Assembly: GCA_015231405.1 (NCBI GenBank)
Contig: JADGBR010000002.1
Coordinates: 4,642 to 68,641 of the forward strand
DNA length: 64,000 bases
Direction: 5' to 3'
DNA from: Candidatus Omnitrophota bacterium
GTDB lineage: Bacteria; Omnitrophota; Gorgyraeia; Tantalellales; Tantalellaceae
Position numbers and translations under genes: made by a program. How positions within the stretch are numbered: position 1 is the first letter of the stretch; every line of letters starts with the position of its first letter. Below the pieces are notes generated by a model, which was given only the letters and a program-made list of their open reading frames with translations, had not been told where the DNA came from and ran no database searches. Positions 46,268-56,941 of this stretch are shown one piece after another.

Positions 46268-47336
46268 ACAGCCACTCTTCTTTCAAAAAACTATCCTTTT
46301 TGATATCCTTAGACACGGTCCTTCCTATGACCTTCATCGTATCCCCTGACGGTATCCCTCTACCCCCGGGTTTCCTGTCATCGAGGTCCGCTAACCGGAC
46401 CCTTTCACCTTTTTTCATGTCCCTGTTCACCGAAAGGGACTTGCCGAACATGCTCTTAAGCTCTGAATATACTGAACTATCGTCCTTATCCACGGGATTG
46501 GCCATCATCCTCTCAATGAACCGGATCCCTTTCACAAGTTCCCTGAATTGACCTATGGTAAGAGAAGCCTTCGAATCCGGGCCGAACATGTCCTTGTCGA
46601 ACACGGCGTGGCATTCGATAAGGTCCGCGCCCAGGCTGACCGCCGCAAGGGACGGGTAAACCTCGCCTGAATGGTCCGACAAACCCGTTCTTAAGCCGAA
46701 CCTTTTTTTCATTTCGGGGATGACGTTCAACCCTACCATCTCCGCTTTCACCGGATAAGCGGTAGAACACTGGAACAGCGCCAGTTTCTCGGGCGGATAT
46801 CCTATGAATTCGACGGTTCGGCTAATATCGCCGAAAGAGCTCATTCCCGTCGACAACCATATCTCCTTCCCCGTCCTTTTCACGTAGTCTAGCATTAAAA
46901 AATTCCCGGTTTCGCCCGAAGCTATCTTGTAACGTTTAACGCCAAGCCCTTCCAGCATTTTGACGGCAGATACGGAGAACGGGGATGACAGGAACTCCAT
47001 ACCTTTCTCTTCACAATGCTTCTTGATACCGGCCCACTGGTCCGGCGAAAAGGACATTCTTTTCCAGTAATCATACCTGGTCTTATCGGCATAGCTGAAA
47101 GGCACCCTGAAGACCTCGTATTCCGAACTTTCCTTTTCGGCTATATGCGTCTGGAACTTAACCATATCCACACCCGTCCCGGCGAGAGCGTCTATGTAAG
47201 AATGGAGTATACCCAGGCTCCCGTCATGCGCCTGGGCTATTTCGGCGATTATCAGGATTTTTCCATTTTTATTCGTCAACGCCGTCATGCACCCACCTTC
47301 TAGCCTTATTATAGGCTTTACCGACCGTATCCTCAA
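46257..47336 (-). CDS. Nonulosonic acid synthase (NeuB/LegI/PseI family)
   Basis: KILIIAEIAQAHDGSLG...VDMVKFQTH TIM-barrel signature plus a C-terminal SAF domain. The true start may be the internal Met at 47288. Confidence 0.85.
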   Translation of the reverse strand: MRIRSVKPIIRLEGGCMTALTNKNGKILIIAEIAQAHDGSLGILHSYIDALAGTGVDMVKFQTHIAEKESSEYEVFRVPFSYADKTRYDYWKRMSFSPDQWAGIKKHCEEKGMEFLSSPFSVSAVKMLEGLGVKRYKIASGETGNFLMLDYVKRTGKEIWLSTGMSSFGDISRTVEFIGYPPEKLALFQCSTAYPVKAEMVGLNVIPEMKKRFGLRTGLSDHSGEVYPSLAAVSLGADLIECHAVFDKDMFGPDSKASLTIGQFRELVKGIRFIERMMANPVDKDDSSVYSELKSMFGKSLSVNRDMKKGERVRLADLDDRKPGGRGIPSGDTMKVIGRTVSKDIKKDSFLKEEWLYEK

Positions 47337-47508
47337 GTACCGGAGAAACGACCCTGAGCAATTCCTTCCCCATTATCCTGTACTGCTTGCCGACTTTAGC
47401 GGCCCTTATTATGCCCTTTTTTATGAGACGCATTGTAGTGCTGGGACTGACTTTAAGCAACTTCTGGACTTCCTGCGTCGTATAGACTTCATTTGACTTT
47501 ATTTCCAT
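47269..47508 (-). CDS. Excisionase/MerR-family helix-turn-helix DNA-binding protein
   Basis: YTTQEVQKLLKVSPSTTMRLIKKGIIRAAKVGKQYRI is an HTH_17/excisionase-type motif. 79 aa. Confidence 0.55.
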   Translation of the reverse strand: MEIKSNEVYTTQEVQKLLKVSPSTTMRLIKKGIIRAAKVGKQYRIMGKELLRVVSPVLEDTVGKAYNKARRWVHDGVDE

Positions 47509-47744
47509 ATCGCATACCCCTCTGGATTAAGATACATTATCTTCATACAGCCATTGCCCGTCAATTACGTAAAATAAATTACCGGTCAACACGTAAAAAG
47601 TCTACCCCAAAGGCTAACATATGTCAATACTATTCTTATTCACTCTCTACATATCTATATTAGTCAGTATTAGTCATTGTATGTCATAATTAGTCTTTAG
47701 GGTCTGTTTTAGGGGCTGCCGGGTTTTCCTGTAATTCGCGAACG

Positions 47745-47760
47745 GCATATGCTATAATCT
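47745..47760 (+). promoter_or_regulatory. Extended -10 promoter element TGCTATAAT upstream of the only plus-strand gene
   Basis: TGnTATAAT at 47751-47759, 38 bp upstream of the ATG at 47798. It lies in a 290-bp AT-rich divergent intergenic region. Confidence 0.35.
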
Positions 47761-47797
47761 TGCCGTCATCACCGCTCCTTCACGGCAACGGGATTGT

Positions 47798-49828
47798 ATG
47801 AAATTAAAAATAACTCTGTGCGATCTTTCTCACACGGGCTTCAGAAAAAGCTCCGAAGCTATCCCCCTGGGAATAGGCTACATAGCTTCATATCTGAAAG
47901 AACAGCTGAAAACTTCCCATGACCTGGAAATAAAATTGATCTCTCGGCCTGATGACCTGGAAGATCATTTGGCGACCACTTCTCCCGATATCGTCGGTTT
48001 CAGCAATTTTTTATGGAACACCCGCCTTTCCAGGTATTACGCCGAAAAGGTCAAAGAAATATATCCTTCTTCGCTCATCATTTTCGGAGGGCCCGATTTT
48101 CCTTCCGGCATGGAATTTCGGAAAGAATATTTGCTCGGGGCCAGGGCCGTCGATTTTTATGTTCTAGGCGAAGGCGAATGCGGGACCCTGAACATAGTTT
48201 CGAGATACACCGCTAATAACGGAGATCGTTCCGGGATCATGAGCGCCCCGATAGACGGAGCCGTATTCATTGATAATTGCGGACACCTGGTTGAACCACG
48301 GGAAGAATACCTTTTTGCCGACCTTGGCTCTTTCCCTTCACCGATCTTATCAGGGCTTATGGATAAATTTATCATTGAAGGCTACACCCCGATGATCCAG
48401 TCCGTCAGAGGCTGCCCGTATAAGTGCACATACTGCAATGAAGGCCTCACGGTGCAGGGAAACGTTAGGAGCTATCCCGCGGACAGAGTTCTTGAAGAGC
48501 TGTCATATTTAAAAGATAAAGCAGCCTCCCTCAAAGACCGCGGAAGCAGACATATCATAATCGCCGACGCGAATTTTGGGGTCAATAAAGCGGATACCGG
48601 GATTTGCGAACTGATAAGAAAGGCTAAGGATGAGGATAGCTGGCCGGAGAGCATAGAGTTAACTACCGGCAAAAGCAATAAGGAACTCCTCATTAACAAC
48701 CTTTCCATAATAAGCGACGGACTCCAGCTCACTCTGGCCCTGCAGTCCATGAACGGGCCGACATTAAAAGCGATAGAACGGAAGAACTTTACAGTTGAAG
48801 AGCTCCTCGAAATAATAAAACGCTCTACAGGGAAAGACTTGAGAATAGGTTGTGAGCTTATAGTACCCATGCCGGAGGAGACGTTCAACACCTATCTAAG
48901 CGCTTTGAAATACTGTGTTGATCTCGGCATGAGAGTGTCGACGCATACCCTGGTCATGCTCATGGAGACCGAAATGGCCCAGCCGGAAACGGTCTCAAAA
49001 TATTCCATGACCACAAAATACAGGGTGCTATACCGCGCGATAGGAAGATACGGCGGAAGAACCGTGATCGAGACGGAAAAGATCTGCGTCTCTACGAAAG
49101 ACTACAGTTTTGACGAATATATCGAGACCCGCGTCATAGGATGCGTTAACGGGATCTTCCTGCTCAACGAGATGTTCGCGGAAATACGCGCTTTTCTCGG
49201 CGCTCATGGATTCAGCCTGTACGATTGGCTAATAAATTGTTACAACCACACGAGAAAAAGCGCCGGCGCCCTTCAGTCGGTATTGGAAGATTTCCGGAAT
49301 GAAAGCCGTGATGAGCTCTGGGATAACGAAAACGCTCTTTTCAGACATTTCAGCGATATTGACAACTATAACAGGCTTTTATCGGGCGAGATCGGAAGGA
49401 ACCTGATAACCACGTATCAGGGGATAGTGATATCCATGCACTACCGGGAATCTTTGGAGATCGCTAAACAAAGCATGCTCGACGTCGTGAGCGGGAAAGC
49501 CGAAAAGAATGCCGATCACGCGCTCCAGATAGAAGATCTGGCCAGATATCTCTTCATGCAGAATTCGGGCTGCTTCGAGAAGGACCCCGACGGCAAAAGG
49601 TCCGGCGACTTCTCGTATGACATCGACTGCTGGATAAAAGACAGATTTAAAATGCCGTTATCCTACTACAAAAGCCCGGCAAGATTTACTTTTTCTCATG
49701 ACGAGTACTCCCTCAGGCAGATCAGGTCCTATATACATGAGTACGGCGATAACCCCGAAGGGTACGGGCGTATTCTAGTCCGAATAAATCCCAAGTTCCT
49801 GAAAAGACAAGTGACTAGATCAGTATAG
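47798..49828 (+). CDS. Cobalamin-binding (class B) radical SAM enzyme, probable methyltransferase
   Basis: N-terminal B12-binding-like Rossmann segment (DIVGFSNFLWN). Radical SAM cluster RGCPYKCTYC. 676 aa. Confidence 0.75.
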   Translation: MKLKITLCDLSHTGFRKSSEAIPLGIGYIASYLKEQLKTSHDLEIKLISRPDDLEDHLATTSPDIVGFSNFLWNTRLSRYYAEKVKEIYPSSLIIFGGPDFPSGMEFRKEYLLGARAVDFYVLGEGECGTLNIVSRYTANNGDRSGIMSAPIDGAVFIDNCGHLVEPREEYLFADLGSFPSPILSGLMDKFIIEGYTPMIQSVRGCPYKCTYCNEGLTVQGNVRSYPADRVLEELSYLKDKAASLKDRGSRHIIIADANFGVNKADTGICELIRKAKDEDSWPESIELTTGKSNKELLINNLSIISDGLQLTLALQSMNGPTLKAIERKNFTVEELLEIIKRSTGKDLRIGCELIVPMPEETFNTYLSALKYCVDLGMRVSTHTLVMLMETEMAQPETVSKYSMTTKYRVLYRAIGRYGGRTVIETEKICVSTKDYSFDEYIETRVIGCVNGIFLLNEMFAEIRAFLGAHGFSLYDWLINCYNHTRKSAGALQSVLEDFRNESRDELWDNENALFRHFSDIDNYNRLLSGEIGRNLITTYQGIVISMHYRESLEIAKQSMLDVVSGKAEKNADHALQIEDLARYLFMQNSGCFEKDPDGKRSGDFSYDIDCWIKDRFKMPLSYYKSPARFTFSHDEYSLRQIRSYIHEYGDNPEGYGRILVRINPKFLKRQVTRSV

Positions 49829-51514
49829 GGCTTGGGCCATGTCTTTTCCTGGTTGGCTCCTGAGATCATAGATAAAAATGGAGTATCCGGCCATCGCCGT
49901 CGGATGGTATGAGCGAACCCACCCGGGCTGATCGTAATAATTAACGCTGATCGCGTATACATATTTTCCGGGAGCGATAAATTCACCGGCGCCCATCTTC
50001 AAAGCCTTTATCCCGTAATATGCCGGGTCGGCCATGCCGAAATAATCTAGCTTAACTTCATCGATCCCGTTTTTTTTGAGATATCGCGCCAACTCCGGCA
50101 GGTCCTGCCCCCAGTCGATGTTGGAATCCCTTAGGTATATATATCCTTTCCCGGGCCCGCCTATAAGTTCGTTAAAATAACTGAGATAATGGGGCCATAT
50201 CCATAAGGCGGCTCCTATGTACCATGCCGCCAGTGAATATGTAATATATCTCGCGGCCCTCGGCCTTAAAAGCTCTTCTACTCGCCCGGCGGCAATAAAA
50301 AGTATGGGATAAACCGGCAGTATATATCTTATCCCCAGCTGTAAACTGCTGAGTGAAGCAGCCGCGAAAAGAACGAACCCGGAAACACTAAGGACGGCGT
50401 ACGACGACCTGTTATCTTTCCTCAAACATAGCGCGATACCGGCAATAATAAATATGATAGAGGCGATCGGCGTCTTTATCAGGAATGCCGTAACGAAATA
50501 TAAAATATTCCCGTGAGGACGATACGTTCCTAGAAGATAAGTCCCGTGGCCTAATTGGCCATGTCTCATGACACCCAGTATACCGAGTATGTGCTCACCG
50601 AACGGCAACGGCACCTTGACGAACAGGTCTAAGAGGAGCCCGCCTGTCCTCTGACCCGTCAAATGATCAAGCTTTGCGGATATATCGCCGATGATCTCCA
50701 GTTTTTCCTGGACACGCATCGCGTCTTCCAGTATCGGCCTCGAGCTAAAACCGTATCCCGCCCAAATAACGATCAAAGAGATCAAAATAATTAGCAATAA
50801 ATGCCCCGCCAGTTTTCTTTTCCCGACAGCCTGACCGGAAGGACGCGGGTAAATAAAAACAAAAAAGAGATAAAGCGGGTAAAGAACAACAGCTGTATAT
50901 TTTGAGAGCTGGGCCAATCCCAGCGTAAACCCGGCGAGCATGGCGCTTTCAAGCGAGATATTCCCCAGATATTTCCACAAGGTGTAAAGGGCCAGCAGGA
51001 TAAAACAGGCGGCGGTCATGTCTGTAGTGGCCAGCGATGAATGAGCGATCACTTCGGGCGAAAAACAATACAGAAAAAGCGAAAAGAGCGCCGCCTTGTC
51101 CCCCGCCAGTTCTCTTGCCCACGTAAAAAGTATCACTCCCGAGAAAAGCCCGACGAAAACAACGGCAAGTCTGCTTAAGAACAGGATCCTGTCCGGGCCT
51201 GTTTTGATATTGTATTTGTAAAAGAATTCCCTGCCGAATTCTCCCCTGTCCTCCCTGCGCCATTCAGCTTTATCGGCGGGAAGAACAGGGTTTAGAAAGA
51301 TGTTCGGCAGCAGCGCGGCTATGTACCTTGAAAGAGGCGGGTGTGAAGTGTCCATTTTGAGGTCGAATTTATCTAACAGCACCGTCCCCACGGGTATATG
51401 GTGGGCTATCTCGTCGCATGTCCCGGATTGGCGCCCGGGGAGTATACTTGTCAGCGCCAATAGAAAAAAAACCGAGAGCATGATAGCGGCCGATATGCGT
51501 GTTCTTCTTTTCAT
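49820..51514 (-). CDS. GT-C fold membrane glycosyltransferase (GT39/GT83, ArnT/PMT-like)
   Basis: 564 aa with more than 10 TM helices and an ArnT-like first periplasmic loop. Confidence 0.55.
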   Translation of the reverse strand: MKRRTRISAAIMLSVFFLLALTSILPGRQSGTCDEIAHHIPVGTVLLDKFDLKMDTSHPPLSRYIAALLPNIFLNPVLPADKAEWRREDRGEFGREFFYKYNIKTGPDRILFLSRLAVVFVGLFSGVILFTWARELAGDKAALFSLFLYCFSPEVIAHSSLATTDMTAACFILLALYTLWKYLGNISLESAMLAGFTLGLAQLSKYTAVVLYPLYLFFVFIYPRPSGQAVGKRKLAGHLLLIILISLIVIWAGYGFSSRPILEDAMRVQEKLEIIGDISAKLDHLTGQRTGGLLLDLFVKVPLPFGEHILGILGVMRHGQLGHGTYLLGTYRPHGNILYFVTAFLIKTPIASIIFIIAGIALCLRKDNRSSYAVLSVSGFVLFAAASLSSLQLGIRYILPVYPILFIAAGRVEELLRPRAARYITYSLAAWYIGAALWIWPHYLSYFNELIGGPGKGYIYLRDSNIDWGQDLPELARYLKKNGIDEVKLDYFGMADPAYYGIKALKMGAGEFIAPGKYVYAISVNYYDQPGWVRSYHPTAMAGYSIFIYDLRSQPGKDMAQALY

Positions 51515-51530
51515 GATATATTCGGCACCG

Positions 51531-53237
51531 TTAGAGTTCCAGTTTATATATCGTAATGCACGGGCCTGTCATTTTTCTCGAAAAGAGCTCGCGGGCGCTC
51601 ACCGCCATAAAAGTCGCGTCGGCCATGTCATATGGCGCCCTGTTGCGGCCGTCGTTATATGGGCTGAACGTCTTGACCGGAACCGCCTTTCCACTGAGAG
51701 AGGCCATGAGATTATCCTTCGAAACGCCCACTGTCTGGAGATTTATCACGACGTATTCTATACCGGACCGTTTCAATTCACTGACGTCATAAGCTATCGT
51801 AGGCATGGTAGATAGGAACTGTCCTCCGGTCTTCCCTTCGGGGATGAAGAAATACACATTGTAAGTTCGTTTATTCTCCGCGCTTTTCAGCATATACCCG
51901 AGTTTTTTCTTTTTGGCGGCCCCAAGGCCGAACTGCCTGTCTGTTATAGCGGATTTATCTTCGAGCTGTTCTTTTGTCTGGTATATTTGCGGCCGAAAAG
52001 ATGTATTATCCACCGCTATCCGTGTCCCTTCCGGAATATTTTCCTCGATCCATTTGGCGGATACCACCCTTGTATCAGGCCCGGAAAATAAAATATCGGC
52101 TTTTACGGACATGACGGCGGTGGGAACCAGCGCGGCCAAAGCGAGCGCTATAACTAAAAACCGTCCGGGCCCATTCTCTCCTCTCCTTCCGGGAAAAACA
52201 AAAAGCAAATACGCCGCCGCCATAGCGAAAAAGGGCAAAAGCGGCAATCCATAACGAGCATACCTCTGGCTCGCGAAGACCAGATGTACATAGAACATGA
52301 CCGGGAACGAAAGGAACAGAAGGGAGGTCCTGAAATTCGTCCTGAACAATATAGCGGCAAACCCGGTCAGTCCCAAAACCACCGGCAGTATCCCTATCCC
52401 TTCAACCATGGAATACCTAAGGTGATAATCCCACCCCATGCGGCCATGCCTTATTCCTCCGAAAACCGTACGCAGAAAATGCTCGCGATCTAACACCGAA
52501 AAAGGGTTAACGCCTATGAACACGACAGTAAATACCGCGGCCGCGGCCAGGAACATTAACCACAAATGTCCGTTTTTTCGGCCTCTTCGCCCCAGTAACA
52601 CGGCGCAATGAGCCCAAGCTAATGACACCGCTAAAACAGCCGCATTATATTTCGTTCCGACAGCTAATCCGATAAATACCCCGGAAAGAACGTAATTTAC
52701 GGGACAAGGGCTCTTTACCAGGCGATACAGGTACAAAACGGCTAGGAGAACGAACATTACCATCAGATTATCCGTATACCCGTAATGCGCGTTAACAACC
52801 CCGATGAAAGAGACAGACGTAAAAAAGGAAGCGAATATGGCCCCTATTTCTGACCCGAAAAAGTCCTTAAAGAGCCTATAGACAAGGAATATCCCCATTA
52901 CCGCGGGAAGAATTCCAAGAAAGACCCTGGCTATGATAAAGAACGCCGTCGGATCGTTCACATAGAGATACGCGAAATCGTCGATTCCATGAAAAAGTCC
53001 GGTAACCATGCCGACCACATAAAAAAAACCATACAGGATAAAAAGGATATACGAACACAACGGCGGAATTATGAAAAAATGCGGGTTCAGGTCGCCGGTG
53101 CCATAAGCCAGCGCGTGATTTATGACTATCGGCTCATCCTGGTGCAGGATATGCGGAAGGCCGAAATCCAAACCGATCGCCCGAAACATCGCTCCGGACA
53201 AAAGGATAAGGAACAGCGGCAAAAAACTTCTTGGCAT
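51531..53237 (-). CDS. GT-C fold membrane glycosyltransferase (GT39/GT83-like), second copy
   Basis: Multi-TM protein. The start is chosen at the internal Met (MPRSFLPLFLILL) to avoid a 95-nt overlap. Confidence 0.5.
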   Translation of the reverse strand: MPRSFLPLFLILLSGAMFRAIGLDFGLPHILHQDEPIVINHALAYGTGDLNPHFFIIPPLCSYILFILYGFFYVVGMVTGLFHGIDDFAYLYVNDPTAFFIIARVFLGILPAVMGIFLVYRLFKDFFGSEIGAIFASFFTSVSFIGVVNAHYGYTDNLMVMFVLLAVLYLYRLVKSPCPVNYVLSGVFIGLAVGTKYNAAVLAVSLAWAHCAVLLGRRGRKNGHLWLMFLAAAAVFTVVFIGVNPFSVLDREHFLRTVFGGIRHGRMGWDYHLRYSMVEGIGILPVVLGLTGFAAILFRTNFRTSLLFLSFPVMFYVHLVFASQRYARYGLPLLPFFAMAAAYLLFVFPGRRGENGPGRFLVIALALAALVPTAVMSVKADILFSGPDTRVVSAKWIEENIPEGTRIAVDNTSFRPQIYQTKEQLEDKSAITDRQFGLGAAKKKKLGYMLKSAENKRTYNVYFFIPEGKTGGQFLSTMPTIAYDVSELKRSGIEYVVINLQTVGVSKDNLMASLSGKAVPVKTFSPYNDGRNRAPYDMADATFMAVSARELFSRKMTGPCITIYKLEL

Positions 53238-53244
53238 AGATCTC

Positions 53245-54000
53245 TCATTCCTTTTTAAGAATGAACGCGGCGGCGGGGACGAGTATTTCCCGCAAAACTG
53301 GTATCTTTGTGAGGAAATGCAACCTGAAATGCGTATCAAGAGTATCCTTTATCTCGAACCCGCTCTTTTTAAGCATATTCCTGGCCCTCCGGAAAGTTAT
53401 CGGGAACAATCTTTTCTCGGCAAATGAGTTACCTTTCACCTTCTTCCTGAAAAAGAATTCCCTTAGCCTCTTGGCTACAGGGAACGGAAGAGTATGAAAA
53501 GGTTTCAAGCCATGTCCGGCAAAAGGGTTATACCATGGAGGTATCATTATATAAGCGTACCCGCCCTTCCTCAGAACGCGGTATATCTCATCGATCGTAA
53601 GCTGCTGCCTGTCACGCGGAATATGCTCAAGAACACCTCTGGACATTGCCAGATCGAACTGCCCGTCACGGAAAGGGATCCTGTCCCCTACCGCCGTGAC
53701 CGTATCGGGCCATACGGATTCGCCGGGAACAGGATCGAGGTTGACCACCTTACATCCCCTTTTTTCATTGATCATCCTGGAAAACTCACCTCGCGCTCCG
53801 CCTACATCCAGCACCGTCATTTTATCGGTAAGCTTCAGGAAACCTTCGACCTCGGAAATGAATATCCCCGCGAAATACTCCCTCATCAACCTGTAATTGT
53901 CTCCCCTGAACCGGTTGAAAGCGAAATGAACAAGATTGTAATAGTGGCTAAGTATGTTCACTGAGGTTATTTCGCTATTTTTTCGAGGCCGCGGCCTCAT
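53245..54000 (-). CDS. Class I SAM-dependent methyltransferase
   Basis: VLDVGGARGEFS motif I and LRKGGYAYIM motifs. 251 aa. Confidence 0.75.
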   Translation of the reverse strand: MRPRPRKNSEITSVNILSHYYNLVHFAFNRFRGDNYRLMREYFAGIFISEVEGFLKLTDKMTVLDVGGARGEFSRMINEKRGCKVVNLDPVPGESVWPDTVTAVGDRIPFRDGQFDLAMSRGVLEHIPRDRQQLTIDEIYRVLRKGGYAYIMIPPWYNPFAGHGLKPFHTLPFPVAKRLREFFFRKKVKGNSFAEKRLFPITFRRARNMLKKSGFEIKDTLDTHFRLHFLTKIPVLREILVPAAAFILKKE

Positions 54001-54271
54001 CCTCGGCTATCTTCGTGTATTTCTCCGGTTCAGCATTGAATTTATTGATACACCCCGGGCAGCAAAGCCCGTAACTCTTCCCGTTATATTCAACTGTCTC
54101 GGGCGTCATCCCCGACGCGATGTCGATCTTTTCACCCGATACCGGACAGACCTTATTCCCGACGGGAACTGATTTTACGACCCCGGCCCCGGTTTTTTCC
54201 GCGGCGCAACCAGTGAGCGGAACACTCGCGAGCACGACCATGATTCCCAGAACAAACGTCGCTAACTTCAT
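53975..54271 (-). CDS. YHS-domain lipoprotein (putative metal-binding)
   Basis: Signal peptide with lipobox LTGC. The CPVSG...YNGKSYGLCCPGC...PEKY pattern matches the YHS/TRASH domain. Confidence 0.6.
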   Translation of the reverse strand: MKLATFVLGIMVVLASVPLTGCAAEKTGAGVVKSVPVGNKVCPVSGEKIDIASGMTPETVEYNGKSYGLCCPGCINKFNAEPEKYTKIAEDEAAASKK

Positions 54272-54412
54272 AAGCCCTCCTTTTCGCCGGCAATGTGCTA
54301 TTCTTTATTTACAATACTTTTCCGTACCATTATACCACATCCAGCGGCTAAATCTATTGCCAGCGAGTGATGTTTGTCTCTCCGGTAGATGGCACCCGAA
54401 AGCATAGCGGTT

Positions 54413-54591
54413 TCATTTTTTGAATATCCCGAAAACGGTCATCAGTAACCCTGCTATCACCGTAAGCCTGGCAAGCTCGCGTATAAGCCCGCCAAAATGC
54501 AAAGAGACAAGAACAGCGTTAACGATGAACCCGCCGGCAAAGAGAATAAGCCCGGTCCTTAACAATTTCTTCCTACCTAGTATATTCGTCA
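54413..54591 (-). CDS. Small hydrophobic membrane peptide (about 59 aa), not in the ORF track. Coordinates approximate (plus or minus 3 nt).
   Basis: ATG at 54589-54591 through TGA near 54413. The predicted product has two TM segments (LILFAGGFIVNAVLVSL...LTVIAGLLMTVFGIF). Confidence 0.25.
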
Positions 54592-54646
54592 TTCAACTCC
54601 TTAGTACTTTACCGCAACCGGTCTTTATTAAGTGCAACCCATTGCC

Positions 54647-56941
54647 CTATCGTCTGATCAGGAACACGATACAAGCGAAGAAGATCAAAACGGAAATGAT
54701 CATGAGGATTTTGATAAGAACCGGGTCGAACTTGAATATCACCCTGTGTTCGCCAGGGGATAGCCTGATGGACTGCAGGATATCCTGGTCCTTCTCGATC
54801 TTCACTTTTTTGCCGTCGACAAAAGCGACCCAGCCAGGATAACATTTCTCGGCGAAGATCAATTTACCCTCTACCCCTGATGAGACCGTGGCTTCAACAC
54901 GACCGGAATCGTATCCGGTAATAACCGAGCGATCGTTGCCTTTAATACCCTGCAGGTCCAAAGGCTCGAACCTGATACGCGGAAGGAACGTATCCAAGAT
55001 ATAAAGGTGCAGTCCGTTCTCATTGGCAACCTCTTTCAGGAATGCTTCGTCAAGGTTTACGGAAGATAACACATATTTGACGTTCAATTCGCCGAGTAAC
55101 TCCCTATAAATTTCAAGCGCCTTAACAATAGGTGGTACGGTTCCTATAGAATCGTCGACTATCCCAAGGTCTCGCATTTTGAGATAATAGTCGCGGTTCA
55201 TTAAAGGCGTGTATATGCCTATGCTATCTATCCCCCAAGCCGTGTTAGTATTGAAATATATCCATTCGGGAAGTTCCTTCTGAGGACCGAAAGTCGCGAT
55301 ACGGTACAGCGACTGGTCGGCTTTAAGTAGATCGTATATCTTCTCTTCGCGCGGAGCGAGAGAGTCATACGGAGCGAGGTTTTTGAAAGGACCCTGGAAA
55401 GAGGACCAGGCGGCCACGAGGTCGATGATGACAAGGGTCGCAAAACAATTCACGAGGAACTTCTTCCGGGAGGACTCCCTTTGAAGAACATATACAAGGA
55501 TAGACGCCGTCGCCACACTAATAAGCGAGTACAAGATATCCGGCGAAGCGAGGGATAGCGCCCGTACCGTTTCGTTCATCAAGAGGTCAAGCTTGGCCAT
55601 GTAGTGGTCAAGGCTATACCGGTGGAACTCTTTCCCGTATATCCCGGTCTCTACATATTTTTGCAGCGTCTCTCTTATCTCAGGCATAAAGAATTTAAAA
55701 GCCACCTTCAACGAGGCAAAAACGGACAGACTTATCCCGGTGATCAGAAAGAATGCCATACTCGCCTTTTTTATACCGTCGTTCCGGCGCTCCTCGAAAA
55801 GATACCCGAACCCTTTACCCGCCGCCGCGGCCAGAAAGAAAGAGACGAAATACATCAACCTGGCCGGTGCCCTGAAAGAATAGAGCTCAACCGCTTTGAG
55901 CAGAAACACATACAGCGGATTGTATTTCCCCAGAGCGAAAAACAGGGCCGCTATAACGGTACCAAGAAAAACTCTTTTCCGGACATCGTTTTCACGCGAA
56001 AAAAAATAAACCAGGGCTAAAAAAAGTCCCGACATTCCCATGTAAACCGAATTACTCTTTACGAAGATCCCCCCCAGCGAAGGGAGAACGAGAGCTATTG
56101 CGGCGAGCGGAGAGAATGAGTTCCAGAGGGCGAAATCTAAAGTTCGGGAAGCCCTCATCGAAAGCCCTGCAAGTTCAGCTGTAGCTGCAAGCTGGGGGGC
56201 CGATATCGATACGGCGACCGCCGCGCTTATAATTATCCCGCCGGCCGTCCTTATCGCGTTCCCCGGTCCAAAAGGATACCTTCTGGCGAAGAAATAAAGC
56301 ATCCCGAAGAGGACGCTGTATGCCGTCATCTGAAAAGATCCGGCTAGAAGCTGGATCCCCCAGACAAACCCAAGAGCGGCGTAAATCTTCGTGCCGGGCT
56401 TTTCCCGACCGGCGCATCTCTCGGCGATCATAAGGGTCAAAGGAAAATACGCCAATGACTGGAGATTGGCGATATTGATGAACGCGCCGGCGTATGTACT
56501 CCCGAGACAGAGGATGAGTGCCGCAATGGCCGAGCCGTACCTGGCCGCGCCTATCGTCCTCATGTAGAAGAACATGGCCGCACCGGCGCCGAGCAAATGA
56601 AAGAGAAATGAATAGTTATACGCCGCTTTGAAAGGCAAAAGAAAATATAAAACAAGATTCAGAGGGTACAACGGCCCTATCTGCCCTTCGGCGAAAAGCG
56701 GGAACCCGCATTGAACGTACCTGGTCCAGAACGGGAGCGTGAAATGTTTTACGCTCTCCGAATAGACCATGAGCCACGGATAGAACTGAGAAAGATAATC
56801 GCCTTTAAGTAGCGCGGACTTGAGCGTAACTACGGGCCAGAAAAGAACAAGGATCATGACCGAAACCGCCGATAACGCAATTAGATCCCTTATTTCTATC
56901 CGTGGAGGTCTCATCTTAATTCCCGGTATCAACCGTACCAC
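54647..56941 (-). CDS. yfhO: YfhO-family polytopic membrane protein (GT-C-like glycan transferase)
   Basis: 764 aa, about 13 TM helices plus a C-terminal extracytoplasmic domain. It sits immediately upstream of a CsbB-like GT2, as in the B. subtilis csbB-yfhO arrangement. Confidence 0.5.
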   Translation of the reverse strand: MVRLIPGIKMRPPRIEIRDLIALSAVSVMILVLFWPVVTLKSALLKGDYLSQFYPWLMVYSESVKHFTLPFWTRYVQCGFPLFAEGQIGPLYPLNLVLYFLLPFKAAYNYSFLFHLLGAGAAMFFYMRTIGAARYGSAIAALILCLGSTYAGAFINIANLQSLAYFPLTLMIAERCAGREKPGTKIYAALGFVWGIQLLAGSFQMTAYSVLFGMLYFFARRYPFGPGNAIRTAGGIIISAAVAVSISAPQLAATAELAGLSMRASRTLDFALWNSFSPLAAIALVLPSLGGIFVKSNSVYMGMSGLFLALVYFFSRENDVRKRVFLGTVIAALFFALGKYNPLYVFLLKAVELYSFRAPARLMYFVSFFLAAAAGKGFGYLFEERRNDGIKKASMAFFLITGISLSVFASLKVAFKFFMPEIRETLQKYVETGIYGKEFHRYSLDHYMAKLDLLMNETVRALSLASPDILYSLISVATASILVYVLQRESSRKKFLVNCFATLVIIDLVAAWSSFQGPFKNLAPYDSLAPREEKIYDLLKADQSLYRIATFGPQKELPEWIYFNTNTAWGIDSIGIYTPLMNRDYYLKMRDLGIVDDSIGTVPPIVKALEIYRELLGELNVKYVLSSVNLDEAFLKEVANENGLHLYILDTFLPRIRFEPLDLQGIKGNDRSVITGYDSGRVEATVSSGVEGKLIFAEKCYPGWVAFVDGKKVKIEKDQDILQSIRLSPGEHRVIFKFDPVLIKILMIISVLIFFACIVFLIRR

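Noticed and set aside
47269-47508. Excisionase-like HTH gene as evidence of an integrated prophage or genomic island
   Set aside because: No integrase, att-like repeats or phage genes are present in the window. It is treated as a local regulator instead.
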